This document shows, piece by piece, positions 1-10,405 of a stretch of DNA of 64,000 nucleotides. The notes beneath the pieces were generated by a model. The model was not told the DNA's origin. It saw only the letters and a program-made list of their open reading frames with translations, and ran no database searches. The stretch spans positions 5,696,001 through 5,760,000 of the forward strand of contig CP170459.1 in assembly GCA_047947115.1 (NCBI GenBank). Reading direction: 5' to 3'. The DNA is from Verrucomicrobiota bacterium (GTDB taxonomy: Bacteria; Verrucomicrobiota; Verrucomicrobiia; Limisphaerales; AAA164-E04). Made by a program: the position numbers and the translations under genes. Positions within the stretch are counted from its first letter, which is position 1. Each line of letters starts with the position of its first letter.

Positions 1-2
1 CC

Positions 3-1688
3 ATCCACCAGGGAGATCATGGATTCATTGACCCCATGGCGGAATATGGCCGGGAGGATGGCAATGATATTGCAGCCATGACCGTTTACAGAGGCACTGC
101 ATTCCCAGAGTTGGACGGATGTGTGCTGTTCTCCGACTTTTACGGAGGCTGGCTCGGGAAAACCAAAATCAACCAACAGGAGCCTTCTCCCATAGAGTGG
201 TTCGCCTGGGATGTGCATATCGCCGACATGACCATCGACCCTACAGACGGAAACATTCTGTTGGTGGACATGATGGAAGGGATCATCAAAGAATTTATCC
301 CTCCCTCTGAAAACAACTTTGAAGACATCCCGACGCTGCTGTCCGAAACGGGTGCTTTCCTCGACACAAAAACATTCACGCTCGACCCAAGCTTCATCCC
401 CTACCGGATCAATGTCCCTTTTTGGTCGGACCATGCCGTCAAATCAAGGTGGATCAGCTTTTCGAGTTCCGAGGCCAAAATAAACTATCACAAAGAAGAT
501 ACCTGGGGCTTTCCTCCGGGCACTGTCTTCATGAAACACTTTGACCTCGAACTTGAGCGGGGAAATCGTGCTACCGCAAAACGACTCGAAACCCGTTTTC
601 TGGTTCTCACCGCGTTCGGGGGCTTCTACGGTCTGACCTACAAATGGAATGAAACACAAGACGACGCGATACTGATATCTCCAGACGGACTCAAAGAGGC
701 GATTCAAATACGTGAAGAAAACGTGGAACGTGAACAAACCTGGCACTATCCGGGACGTCACGACTGCATGACCTGCCACAACGGGGGGCCCGGGTTTCTT
801 TCACCCACCCGATTTGGCCGTTACGCGCTCGGATTCGGCACGGCACAGTTGAACAAGGAAATACACACCGGAACAGACTCATTCAACCAACTCGCCGCCA
901 TGGACCGAGCCGGCATTCTCACCCCTCCATTGGACAAACCCGTCGGCCTGCTGCCGAAACTGGTTGACGCCAACAATGAAGAAGCCAGTCTCTATTACCG
1001 CGTCCGATCTTACCTTGCCGCCAACTGTGAATCCTGTCACGAAGGGATAGCAGGAACGGCGCGTCTCTCGTGGAATGCGACTTTCCGGGCTGCCAATGAT
1101 CAGGTAAAACTGATCGACCACTCGGCCTACAACAACCTGGGCATCACCGGGGGAAGACTGATCCATCGATCCGATCCCGCCAAATCCATCCTGCTGCAAC
1201 GCATCAGCCGCAATGGCCTTGAGCGAATGCCGCCCCTTGGCAGCTCTGAGCTGGATCACACCGCCATCGATTTGATCCAACGCTGGATTCTCGAAGATCT
1301 CGGCAAACCTCAATCCTATGCAGATTGGGCTCAACTCTACTTCGACGACCTTGCATCACCGGAATCCTTCCTGTTTTCAGATCCCGATGGCGATGGGGTT
1401 TGGAATTTTTTTGAAGCTTTGACGCTCTCCAATCCTCTGGACCCTCAAGATTTTTACGCGGTGAAGATGAGGCGGGAAGGCAACAAGTTGAGTCTGGAAC
1501 TTCCCGGACTTTCCAACCGGTATGCGTGGGTGGAATGGACGGAAACACCCTCCATTGCGAGTTCCTGGCAATTCCTGAATGTGCAGGAAAACGGCTTTTT
1601 CCTTCCGGCTTCGTCAGCTCCCAGAACCCTTGATCTGGAGAAATCGGATCTGAGCAAAGCTTTTTTCAGGGTCAAAGTGCGTCAATAA
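3..1688 (+). CDS. 5'-truncated PQQ-dependent sugar dehydrogenase (GSDH propeller) fused to a diheme c-type cytochrome region; paralog of the next gene
   Basis: Frame is open from the window edge (IHQGDHGFIDPMAEYGREDGND). Two CxxCH motifs (CMTCH, CESCH), RMPPLG and a DPDGDG repeat. Aligns by eye with the C-terminal part of 1738-4440. Confidence 0.85.
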   Translation: MHQGDHGFIDPMAEYGREDGNDIAAMTVYRGTAFPELDGCVLFSDFYGGWLGKTKINQQEPSPIEWFAWDVHIADMTIDPTDGNILLVDMMEGIIKEFIPPSENNFEDIPTLLSETGAFLDTKTFTLDPSFIPYRINVPFWSDHAVKSRWISFSSSEAKINYHKEDTWGFPPGTVFMKHFDLELERGNRATAKRLETRFLVLTAFGGFYGLTYKWNETQDDAILISPDGLKEAIQIREENVEREQTWHYPGRHDCMTCHNGGPGFLSPTRFGRYALGFGTAQLNKEIHTGTDSFNQLAAMDRAGILTPPLDKPVGLLPKLVDANNEEASLYYRVRSYLAANCESCHEGIAGTARLSWNATFRAANDQVKLIDHSAYNNLGITGGRLIHRSDPAKSILLQRISRNGLERMPPLGSSELDHTAIDLIQRWILEDLGKPQSYADWAQLYFDDLASPESFLFSDPDGDGVWNFFEALTLSNPLDPQDFYAVKMRREGNKLSLELPGLSNRYAWVEWTETPSIASSWQFLNVQENGFFLPASSAPRTLDLEKSDLSKAFFRVKVRQ

Positions 1689-1737
1689 GGCAAGTTAAGG
1701 TTTGAACTCGTACCGCATTTGCTTAAACGTAATTCCC

Positions 1738-4440
1738 ATGACTTGGGGCACCCTAATACGCGGCAACTTCGTTCACCCAATTACAACTCTGATGCTGCTG
1801 GCTTGCATATCTGTTCAGGGATGGGGAGCGTCCACACCTTGGGACAAGATTGTTCCCAATACCGCGCTCAAGTTTCCAGACGTACCTAAATGGTTGAATT
1901 ACGCCACCAAAGATCGTTTTCCGAATCTTCGTTTCTACCAACCGATTCAAGTTGTTTTTCAATCAAGTTACGAAGATGGATTGTTCGTTGTGGAAAAAGT
2001 CGGTCGGATCAAATTTGTAACAGATCAATCCGAACCCTCCGAAGCAACAACCTTCCTGGACATCACCGACCGCGTTTACAACTCTTCAGAATCAGGACTA
2101 CTCTCATTGGCCTTTCATCCAAATTTTGAAATCAATGGTCGATTTTTTGTCTACTACTGTGCCACAGAAAAAAGGGGAGATGCATGGCAGTATTTCAATC
2201 GTCTGTCAGAATTCAATATTGACCCGAACAACATTCGTCAGGGGCTGAAGCAATCAGAAAAAATACTCATCAATCAACCCGATCGCCACGTGGATCATAA
2301 CGGCGGAGGGATGTTGTTCGGTCCCGACGGTTATCTGTATCTGACCATTGGTGATGAAGGCCAGTTTTATGATCTTTTCGAAAACGGTCAAAAATTAACC
2401 GAAAATTTCTTTGCCGGCATGCTTCGCATTGATGTCGACAAACGAGAAGGCAACCTGCCCCCTTCCCCCCATCCCGCTGCATCGGATGCGTATGCCATCC
2501 CAGCCGATAATCCCTTTGTCGGAATCGAATCATACGGTGGATCAACCTTGGACACAGAGAAACTACGCACTGAATTCTATGCCATCGGAATGCGAAACGC
2601 ATGGCGATTTGCGTTTGATCCACTCACAGGCAAACTTTACTCAGGCGACACCGGCGATCATACACGTGAAGAAATCAATGAAATCATTGCCGGTGGCAAC
2701 TACGGCTGGCCGCACCGCGAAGGAAGTTTAAAAGGCCCACCTAACCACTCCATCAGTCCGGGAGATCATTCATTCCTCGATCCGTTGGCTGAATATGGCC
2801 GGGAGGACGGAAACGACATAGCAGGCATGACGGTTTATCGCGGCACAAAGTTTCCAGACCTGGATGGCTGCATCTTGTTTTCGGATTACTTCGGTGGATG
2901 GATAGGCCGGGTCAAACTGACCGATGCCGGCACTTCACCGATTGAATGGTTTTCACTGGACCATCACATTGCTGACATTGCGATTGATCCGGCCGATGAC
3001 AATATCCTGCTGGCAGACATGGTCGAAGGCCGCATCAAACAATTTGTCCCACCCGAGGAAAACGACTTTGACGATATCCCAAATTTGCTTTCTGAAACGG
3101 GAGCCCTTCGGGACACCGCATCGTTCACCATCGATCCGAGCTTTGTCCCTTACCAGATCAATGTTCCTTTTTGGTCAGACTACGCCATCAAATCCAGATG
3201 GATCAGTTTTGCCGACAAGAAAACAGCGATCAGTTTCAGGGAAAACGACACCTGGGGATTCCCACCCGGCACGGTTTTCATGAAGCATTTCGACCTGGAA
3301 CTTCGCAGAGGCGATCCGAGTACCAAGCGCCGACTTGAAACTCGTTTCCTGGTAATCACTTCCTTGGGCGGCTTTTACGGCCTGACCTACAGGTGGAACG
3401 AAACTCAGGATGATGCGGTACTGGTGCCACCAACCGGATGGAAGGAGACCATACAGATTGAGGAAAACGGCAAGCTTCGCGATCAAGAATGGCATTACCC
3501 AGGCCGACATGACTGCATGGCCTGTCACAATGGCGGCCCGGCCTTCAAGGCGAAAGGAAGGCACGGTCGATTTGCTCTTGGTTTCAACACGCCGCAACTG
3601 AACAGGGAAGTGACACACGGACAGGAAACCTATAACCAGCTGGACGCTTTGAACCAGGCCGAGATACTGATCCCTCCATTTGCTTCTTCGGCCGAACTCC
3701 TCCCAAAGCTGGTTACTGCCGACAATGAAGAAGCGAGCCTCAATTACCGGGTGCGATCTTATCTTGCCGCCAACTGTGAAGCCTGCCACGAAGGACTCAC
3801 CAGCAAATCCAGACTTCACTGGAACGCCACCTTACGCGTCTCAAACGCCGAAACGAAATTGATCGACGTCCGGCCGTACAACGATATGAACGTGACCGGT
3901 GCGCGTTTGGTTCACCGATCAGATCCCTCCAAATCCATTTTGCTCCAACGCATCGCGCAAAACGGAATCGAACGCATGCCTCCGCTGGGCAGCACCGAAC
4001 TGGACCACAACGCCATCGAACTCATTCAACGTTGGATACTCGAAGACCTCTCCAAACCCCATACCTACCCGGAGTGGGCCGCTCAGTATTTTGATGACTT
4101 GAACCATCCGGATGCGGCTTTGACCGAGGATCCGGATGAAGATGGATTTTCAAACCTTTATGAATCTCTGACGCGAACCAATCCTCTCGACGATGAAGAC
4201 AATCTCTCACTCAGTTTTACGGTAACAGGTGAAACGGTGAACATGGAAATTCCCGGGGTGCCCAATCGTTATATGGAAGTGGAATGGACGGAAACTCCGG
4301 GAGATCCGGACTCGTGGAACACTCTGGATATATCTGAAAATGCCTTTTTCTTCCCGGCATCGGAAGCCAAACAGTCCATGGACCTCGAATCCATGGATCA
4401 GGAGAAGGCCTTTTTCCGCATTAAAGTCAATGAACTTTGA
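1738..4440 (+). CDS. Secreted GSDH-family PQQ beta-propeller dehydrogenase fused to a diheme cytochrome c region (start uncertain: 1702/1738/1792)
   Basis: Signal-like N-terminus; GSDH motifs GLLSLAFHPNF, HNGG, GMRNAWRF, GGNYGWP; CMACH and CEACH; C-terminal FFRIKV. Confidence 0.85.
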   Translation: MTWGTLIRGNFVHPITTLMLLACISVQGWGASTPWDKIVPNTALKFPDVPKWLNYATKDRFPNLRFYQPIQVVFQSSYEDGLFVVEKVGRIKFVTDQSEPSEATTFLDITDRVYNSSESGLLSLAFHPNFEINGRFFVYYCATEKRGDAWQYFNRLSEFNIDPNNIRQGLKQSEKILINQPDRHVDHNGGGMLFGPDGYLYLTIGDEGQFYDLFENGQKLTENFFAGMLRIDVDKREGNLPPSPHPAASDAYAIPADNPFVGIESYGGSTLDTEKLRTEFYAIGMRNAWRFAFDPLTGKLYSGDTGDHTREEINEIIAGGNYGWPHREGSLKGPPNHSISPGDHSFLDPLAEYGREDGNDIAGMTVYRGTKFPDLDGCILFSDYFGGWIGRVKLTDAGTSPIEWFSLDHHIADIAIDPADDNILLADMVEGRIKQFVPPEENDFDDIPNLLSETGALRDTASFTIDPSFVPYQINVPFWSDYAIKSRWISFADKKTAISFRENDTWGFPPGTVFMKHFDLELRRGDPSTKRRLETRFLVITSLGGFYGLTYRWNETQDDAVLVPPTGWKETIQIEENGKLRDQEWHYPGRHDCMACHNGGPAFKAKGRHGRFALGFNTPQLNREVTHGQETYNQLDALNQAEILIPPFASSAELLPKLVTADNEEASLNYRVRSYLAANCEACHEGLTSKSRLHWNATLRVSNAETKLIDVRPYNDMNVTGARLVHRSDPSKSILLQRIAQNGIERMPPLGSTELDHNAIELIQRWILEDLSKPHTYPEWAAQYFDDLNHPDAALTEDPDEDGFSNLYESLTRTNPLDDEDNLSLSFTVTGETVNMEIPGVPNRYMEVEWTETPGDPDSWNTLDISENAFFFPASEAKQSMDLESMDQEKAFFRIKVNEL

Positions 4441-4455
4441 ACTGCTGGAAAGGAA

Positions 4456-5247
4456 CTATTGAGCCGTCCACCCTCCATCCACAGAAAGCATGCTCCCGGT
4501 GACATAACTCGCCGATGGACTGGCCAGAAAAATCGCTGATCCCTGAATTTCCTCAAGGCGTCCCCAACGTTTGAGAGCCGTTGCTCCGACGATGAATTTT
4601 TTTCCATCTTCCGTATCGGCGATGGGAATGTTCATTTCGGTCAGAAAAGGTCCGGGACAAATAGCGTTGACGGTGATTCCCTGGTCAGCAAGTTCAAGCG
4701 CCAGGGCGCGGGTCATTTGGACAACAGCCCCTTTGCTCGATGCATATGGCGTTCGATTGGCCACTCCGACTAATCCAAGGGCACTGGCCAGATTGATGAT
4801 GCGACCATATTGAGCCTTTTTCATCACCGGCGTGACAGCACGCGATGCCAGCCAGGTGCCATTGACGTTGATGTCCATGACCTGTTTGAATTCGTCCGCG
4901 GTCACCGCATCAATGGCGCCGCGAATATTGATGCCGGCACTGTTAATGAGAATATCCACCCTTCCAAACCGCGCCAAAGCTTCCGCGACCATGGCTTCGG
5001 ATTGAGCCTGATCGGTTACGTCCGCCTGAAAACCGATGGCCTGAACCCCAAAACCATCCGTAAGTTCGCACGCCGCCGATTCCGCTTCATCGAGGTGTCG
5101 GCTAACCAACATCACATTGGCTCCAGCCGATGCCAGCCCCGCTGCCATGGCGAGACCGAGTCCTTTGGAACCGCCGGTGACAATGGCGGCCTGTCCGTCA
5201 AGTTGAAACTGTTTGATTCCGGGTAAATTCTTCACTGTATCTGACAT
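4456..5247 (-). CDS. SDR family NAD(P)-dependent oxidoreductase (gluconate 5-dehydrogenase/FabG-like)
   Basis: TGGSKGLG, INSAG, YASSK, VDGG motifs. Confidence 0.92.
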   Translation of the reverse strand: MSDTVKNLPGIKQFQLDGQAAIVTGGSKGLGLAMAAGLASAGANVMLVSRHLDEAESAACELTDGFGVQAIGFQADVTDQAQSEAMVAEALARFGRVDILINSAGINIRGAIDAVTADEFKQVMDINVNGTWLASRAVTPVMKKAQYGRIINLASALGLVGVANRTPYASSKGAVVQMTRALALELADQGITVNAICPGPFLTEMNIPIADTEDGKKFIVGATALKRWGRLEEIQGSAIFLASPSASYVTGSMLSVDGGWTAQ

Positions 5248-5269
5248 GATTCTCAATCTGCTAATCGGT

Positions 5270-6328
5270 TTATAATCCTAAATATTCTTTCGCGTATGCA
5301 AAGCAGGCGCGTACATTGGCCTCCTCATAGGCCAAACGTTCCCCATCGGTTTTATCGCTCACGATGGGCAAAGGTTTCTTGGGAGGATTATTCTTTACGA
5401 GAGCCATGATCCGGGATAGTTCAACGGCAGGCAAATCCTGCAGGGTCAACCAGTAATCCTCGCGCCAGACCGGGACTTTCAAAGGATCTCGCGTGATCAT
5501 TTCCAGATTGAACTGAACATCCGGAAAGGATGCCTCACATAGATCGCAAAGTTTTTTCAGATCAAGCAACCCCTCCCCCAATGGCACTTCGCTCAGCAGA
5601 AAACCATCCTCATACTCCTGCACCCCCATATCTTTCAGGTGGGTTGTGATAACGAATGGAGCCAAGGCCTCCGCCTGCACGTGGGGATCTTCGAGCAAGG
5701 ATAGATTGTTTCCAAAGTCAAAACATACCCCCACCGAATCGCTGCTCAAGCGATGCAAAAAATCCAACTGCTCATGCATGCGCCAGTCCTTGTGATTCTC
5801 CATTGCCAGGCGGACTCCGTGCTTTTTCATCACCCGCTCGGCAAGCACCAGAGATTCCCAGGACTGCGCTTTGAATTGCCGCCAGGCTTCCAGTGTCCTG
5901 AAGGTTTCATAACGTCGCCCCCCAAGGCACACCGCCCGAAGAATGGTCGCACCGGCTTCCTTGGCACGACGCACCGTAACGTCAAAAGCTTCCAGATCAT
6001 CCTCCGTGCGAGGCAAGGACACCTGTCCTTCCAGCCGAATCCCCAGAGACTCACGCCGGTCACGCACTTTTCCGGCAAAATCAGCAGTCCAGTTTCGAAC
6101 CCCAATCTGAAGGCAGCCCGCATCCAGACTCTTGCAATGCTCCAATACATCCAAAGCATTTTCCCATGCCGGAAACTCCTTGCTGTAGAACCGGGAGCCG
6201 CGTCGATAGGAAGCAATGGACAAGCCTAATTTCTTGTCGCGCTTCCCGGACTGGGCCATGGAAGTCAAAGGCAAGGCGACAACGGCGGTGGCCGTTTTTT
6301 GGATGAAGTGTCGTCGGTTGATTTTCAT
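5270..6328 (-). CDS. Tat-exported sugar phosphate isomerase/epimerase (xylose isomerase-like TIM barrel)
   Basis: NRRHFI twin-arginine leader; ENHKD, DFGN, HLKD and LEMI metal-ligand motifs. Confidence 0.85.
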   Translation of the reverse strand: MKINRRHFIQKTATAVVALPLTSMAQSGKRDKKLGLSIASYRRGSRFYSKEFPAWENALDVLEHCKSLDAGCLQIGVRNWTADFAGKVRDRRESLGIRLEGQVSLPRTEDDLEAFDVTVRRAKEAGATILRAVCLGGRRYETFRTLEAWRQFKAQSWESLVLAERVMKKHGVRLAMENHKDWRMHEQLDFLHRLSSDSVGVCFDFGNNLSLLEDPHVQAEALAPFVITTHLKDMGVQEYEDGFLLSEVPLGEGLLDLKKLCDLCEASFPDVQFNLEMITRDPLKVPVWREDYWLTLQDLPAVELSRIMALVKNNPPKKPLPIVSDKTDGERLAYEEANVRACFAYAKEYLGL

Positions 6329-6371
6329 AATTTTGGATCACGTGTCGATTAATCCAGGCTGAAAAACATCA

Positions 6372-7094
6372 TCACGCAAACGGCATGTGCCGGGGCGTGA
6401 TCACAATCTCCGGAACCGTGGCGCGGGACGGCAGTTTCGCAACCGTTACGACCATGGCGGCAATGTCCTCGGGTTGCAGCATTCTGGCCCGCTGTTCCGC
6501 GGATGGAGGCACTGGACGTTTATCCAAGATGGGAGTTTCTGTTTCACCTGGATAGATATTGGTCACACTGACACCGTCCGGCAAGGCCTCCAGATTCGCA
6601 AACGTCCCCATGGCGCTTTGCGCAAACTTCGAAGCACAGTAGGGAAGTCCGGCAAGCTGCAAAGTTCGCAACCCGGCCAATGAGACGACATTGATGATCA
6701 ACCCGCTGCCCCGTTCCCTCATGCCGGGAAGCACTGCCTGCATGCAATTGAAAGCTCCCACGGCATTGACATCCATCACCTGGTCCATGGCCTCCGGATC
6801 CATGTCCGCAAAGGTGCGCTTGGGAACATTCATCCCGGCGCTGTAAACAAGTAGATCCACCGGACCAATGCTCTCAGTCACCCAGTCCACGGTGGTCCTC
6901 ACCTGATCTCGGCAGGTAGCATCACAACACCGGACTTGAAACGGTCCGTCCTTTTGAGCGGCCAAAAGGGAAGCTTCGCTGCGGGCTGCAAGCACAACCC
7001 GGGCACCTTCCGCAGCCAGCGCCCTGCCTATACCAAGCCCGATACCTGAACCACCGCCGATAACAAGGACGACTTTGTCTTTGAGGGATTGCAT
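6372..7094 (-). CDS. SDR family oxidoreductase
   Basis: GGGSGIG and YCASK motifs; start moved to MQSLKDK (ATG at 7094). Confidence 0.9.
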   Translation of the reverse strand: MQSLKDKVVLVIGGGSGIGLGIGRALAAEGARVVLAARSEASLLAAQKDGPFQVRCCDATCRDQVRTTVDWVTESIGPVDLLVYSAGMNVPKRTFADMDPEAMDQVMDVNAVGAFNCMQAVLPGMRERGSGLIINVVSLAGLRTLQLAGLPYCASKFAQSAMGTFANLEALPDGVSVTNIYPGETETPILDKRPVPPSAEQRARMLQPEDIAAMVVTVAKLPSRATVPEIVITPRHMPFA

Positions 7095-7212
7095 GCCACC
7101 GGTATAAAGCTTCCATCCCTTCGCCGCAAGCAAGGAACATTCAAACTCATCCTGGTATCTTGGTATTTGACGGATGGACCAAGCTCGGTTAACCATCGTC
7201 CATTCAAACAAA

Positions 7213-8130
7213 ATGCGATTTTGGCGAAACATAATCATCGTTGCAGTCCTGCTGGCAAGCGGTTCTCTTTTAGGGCAGGATCTATCGATTCATCATGGGC
7301 TGAATGGAGAGGTGCTGATTGAGGTAGGGGAGAGAGAAGGTGTCACCTATCGACTTGAGAAATCATCAAATTGGAAGGAGTGGTTCAGCGATTCCGATCC
7401 CTGGGTCGAAACCAAAGCATTCAAGATCGATTCACATGGATCAGAAGCCCTGTTTTATCGCTTGCAAACATGGGAAACCACCGACGACCCCATCATTGTG
7501 GGACTGTTGGGAGACTCCACTGTGGTGGACTTTTCGTTTTGGGACGGAACCTTCGGCGGATGGGGCGAGGGCCTGCCGGATTACGTCGGCCCCGATGTCC
7601 GCATCGCCAACATGGCCCAACCGGGAGAAAGCACCCGAACCTTTCTGGAAACTTCCTGGCGGGTCAAAAACCTGCAATTGGTCAGTCCGGATTTTGTCCT
7701 TATTCAGTACGGCATGATCGATGAAATCGCGTCCGAACCCGAAAAACTCACTACCTTCGAGGCCTACGAAGAAAATCTCGAAACACTGATCCAACTCGTG
7801 AGGAATTTCGGGGGAACCCCCATCCTGATCACTCCTCCAGCGAAAAGGGCTTATGGCCCCGACGGAAAAGTGGTGGACTGGCTGAGCGAACGAAGCGCCA
7901 TCGTGCTGAAAGTAGCCAGTCGCCTCCACTGCCCATCCGTGGACCTCAACAGCATGACGCGCGATTACTTCAATGAAAAAGGAAATTACGCCACACGAGA
8001 ACTGACCACCGACGACCGACTCCACTACAAAATCACCGGAGCACAAGTCCTTGCAGGAATGGTCGCTGCCAGCTTTCCCGGAATACTGACCCCTTACCTG
8101 AATTCGGAAACCGTCGCAAATCGCCCCTAG
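7213..8130 (+). CDS. Secreted SGNH/GDSL esterase (rhamnogalacturonan acetylesterase-like) with a small N-terminal beta module
   Basis: Signal peptide; GDSTV block I, GWG, QYGMID, DRLH catalytic DxxH. Confidence 0.85.
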   Translation: MRFWRNIIIVAVLLASGSLLGQDLSIHHGLNGEVLIEVGEREGVTYRLEKSSNWKEWFSDSDPWVETKAFKIDSHGSEALFYRLQTWETTDDPIIVGLLGDSTVVDFSFWDGTFGGWGEGLPDYVGPDVRIANMAQPGESTRTFLETSWRVKNLQLVSPDFVLIQYGMIDEIASEPEKLTTFEAYEENLETLIQLVRNFGGTPILITPPAKRAYGPDGKVVDWLSERSAIVLKVASRLHCPSVDLNSMTRDYFNEKGNYATRELTTDDRLHYKITGAQVLAGMVAASFPGILTPYLNSETVANRP

Positions 8131-8155
8131 GTTGGATAATGTTCAACTGAGCAAA

Positions 8156-9331
8156 CTACTTACTCTTTCTCAAGCTGCTCAAGTACCCCACCAAATCGAC
8201 AAGATCCTTGACCGTCATGGCTTGTTGCAATCCCGAGGGCATCAGAGAACTCTTCATCTGAGAACGGGATTCGATGCCTTCCTTTTCAAGCGTCAACAAC
8301 AGACCGGACTGGTTTTTAAGGGTCACCAATTGCTCCGTTTCACCAATGATGATCCCTGTCCATTCCTCACCGGATTTCATCACCAACTCCCAGCCTTCAA
8401 AACCGAAACTGATGCCGCCATTCGGATCCAGTATGGACTGAAACAAGGCGTCTTTGCCCAATTTGTCGCCAATCTCAGACAACCCCGGACCAAAGTCCAC
8501 ACCCTGATCTCCGATCTGATGGCACATGGCACATCCCGATTCCGGTCTCAAAAACACTGCCTGTCCATTCTCAACATCCGCCTCTTGCCGTGTTAACACT
8601 TCAATCCCAGGCAAAACCGCATCACCTTTGACAGTAGGAAGCGGAATCAGTTCCAAGGCCTTCCCCTTCAAATCTTCCCATGGTAATTGATTGAAAGCGT
8701 AAGCAGCCGGCAGTTTGAGGTCCTGTGGAAGCCCCTGATCGGATTCATAATCCATCAAAGAAGCAACTCCGGGCCTTGTGCGGCACAATGCACGGATGGC
8801 GGCCTTTCGGTGATCGAGCGATTGGCTGGCATCCGTGGCAAGGTTCAATAGCAACATCGAAGCATTTGAATGAGGAAGCTCCCCCAAAGTGACCACCACC
8901 GTGACAACCTCCTCACCATGCAGCATCTGAGCCAAGATTTCGGGAGGACGCGATTTCACCAGAAAATCCAGAGCCATCAATCCTTCCGAAGTATCCGGAT
9001 GAGCCTTAACAAATGCGAGAAGGGAATCATCCTGGTCGTTGAGCCCAAAGGCAATCGCCAGTTGAACAAACTCAGGACGTCCCTTGACCTTTTCCAGCGT
9101 CTTCAACAAAACGGTGTTCAATGCGGCATTGGAGCGAATATCCATATGTTTCAACCGTTTTAAGGCCTCGATAGACTGCGTTACCTTGGCATCCAAAGGT
9201 GGCCACCCCTCACCTCGGGCAATCATTGAAAGGGCCCACACAAAGAGGAACACCCACAAATACAAATTGTGCTTCACCACATCCATTCTGGGAGATGCTT
9301 CACCTTCAATCATGACATCCTCAATATTCAT
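8156..9331 (-). CDS. PVC-type putative heme-binding protein (helical repeats plus c-type cytochrome domain)
   Basis: CAMCH, GPGLSEIG, SILDPN and SLMPSGL pattern typical of PVC heme-binding domains; hydrophobic N-terminal segment. Confidence 0.8.
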   Translation of the reverse strand: MNIEDVMIEGEASPRMDVVKHNLYLWVFLFVWALSMIARGEGWPPLDAKVTQSIEALKRLKHMDIRSNAALNTVLLKTLEKVKGRPEFVQLAIAFGLNDQDDSLLAFVKAHPDTSEGLMALDFLVKSRPPEILAQMLHGEEVVTVVVTLGELPHSNASMLLLNLATDASQSLDHRKAAIRALCRTRPGVASLMDYESDQGLPQDLKLPAAYAFNQLPWEDLKGKALELIPLPTVKGDAVLPGIEVLTRQEADVENGQAVFLRPESGCAMCHQIGDQGVDFGPGLSEIGDKLGKDALFQSILDPNGGISFGFEGWELVMKSGEEWTGIIIGETEQLVTLKNQSGLLLTLEKEGIESRSQMKSSLMPSGLQQAMTVKDLVDLVGYLSSLRKSK

Positions 9332-9436
9332 TCAACCCGATCCTGCCCTCTGATTTACAAAGTACCAACATTTTCCTACCCCACCCGCAAGAGCAAAAGA
9401 CAATCCCAGGAGGGGCTGCTCCTGTAGACGGTGCTC

Positions 9437-10405
9437 TCAAAGTCTGCTCCGTCTGGATTGCCACAAACCGGCCGCCCACAGCCCCAATGCAGGCAGCCCC
9501 ACCATCAATTCACGCCCCCGACGCGCCAATGACAAGGCCAATCCGTGACTGGCCGGAATACCCAGACTGGTCCCAATCAGCGTAAGTGTTCCTTCCTGAG
9601 CCCCCAGCCCCCCCGGGATCAGAAAGGCAGCCATTCGAATGGTTTGCCCAAGGCTCTCCAGAATCATGGCTTCAGTGTAATCAATCGGGTGCCCCATCAG
9701 GTAAAATATAAGATAAACCTCGCCTGCCATTCCCAATCGAAATCCCATCCGCCAGCAAAAAGCCCCTGCCAGTGATTTTGGTGATCGATACAAAACACGC
9801 ACCCGCTTATCCATCTCGGCAGCCACTCGCCCCAATATCTCCTTGTCGCCATGTTTCACCACTTTCTGAAGCAGGCGGGTCGACATCGAGAACAATCCCC
9901 GCTTCTGAGATCGTACCAGCAAAGTGCCGATCACCACCAAGGCAAGCAAGGCCAACACCCCACCCAACAAGATGGTCTTTTCAAAACGATGCATCATCAA
10001 CATCGACAACCCAAGCATCGCAAAGCAAATCTGAGTCAAAACCTGAAAGGTCTTGTCGACCACCATGGTGGCCCAGGGTTCAATACTTTTCTGAGGCGGC
10101 GCAATCAATTGAGCCTTGGCCACCTCGCCGCCAACCTGTGCCACCGGCAACAGCCAATTACAGGCCAATCCGATCCATGAAGCATAAAAGATTCGACCAA
10201 ACCCCGGATCATGGGACTTGGAAAACAAAACCCTCCATGCCTGCGCCGCGAAAGCAATCGGGATCACGTAATACAATGCAATCCAAACGCAGCGCCAGCC
10301 AAGATCACCGAGAAGCGGAACGACGGAAGCCCAGCCGATGTGCCGGAAAAGAAAGGCCAGCACAGCAACACCTGCGACCAGTGCGATAATTCGTGTACGA
10401 TTCAT
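9437..10405 (-). CDS. Lysylphosphatidylglycerol synthase TM-domain/flippase-like membrane protein (HpnL-like)
   Basis: Multiple TM segments; NWLLPVAQVGGEVAK and IPGGLGAQEG motifs. Confidence 0.8.
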   Translation of the reverse strand: MNRTRIIALVAGVAVLAFLFRHIGWASVVPLLGDLGWRCVWIALYYVIPIAFAAQAWRVLFSKSHDPGFGRIFYASWIGLACNWLLPVAQVGGEVAKAQLIAPPQKSIEPWATMVVDKTFQVLTQICFAMLGLSMLMMHRFEKTILLGGVLALLALVVIGTLLVRSQKRGLFSMSTRLLQKVVKHGDKEILGRVAAEMDKRVRVLYRSPKSLAGAFCWRMGFRLGMAGEVYLIFYLMGHPIDYTEAMILESLGQTIRMAAFLIPGGLGAQEGTLTLIGTSLGIPASHGLALSLARRGRELMVGLPALGLWAAGLWQSRRSRL

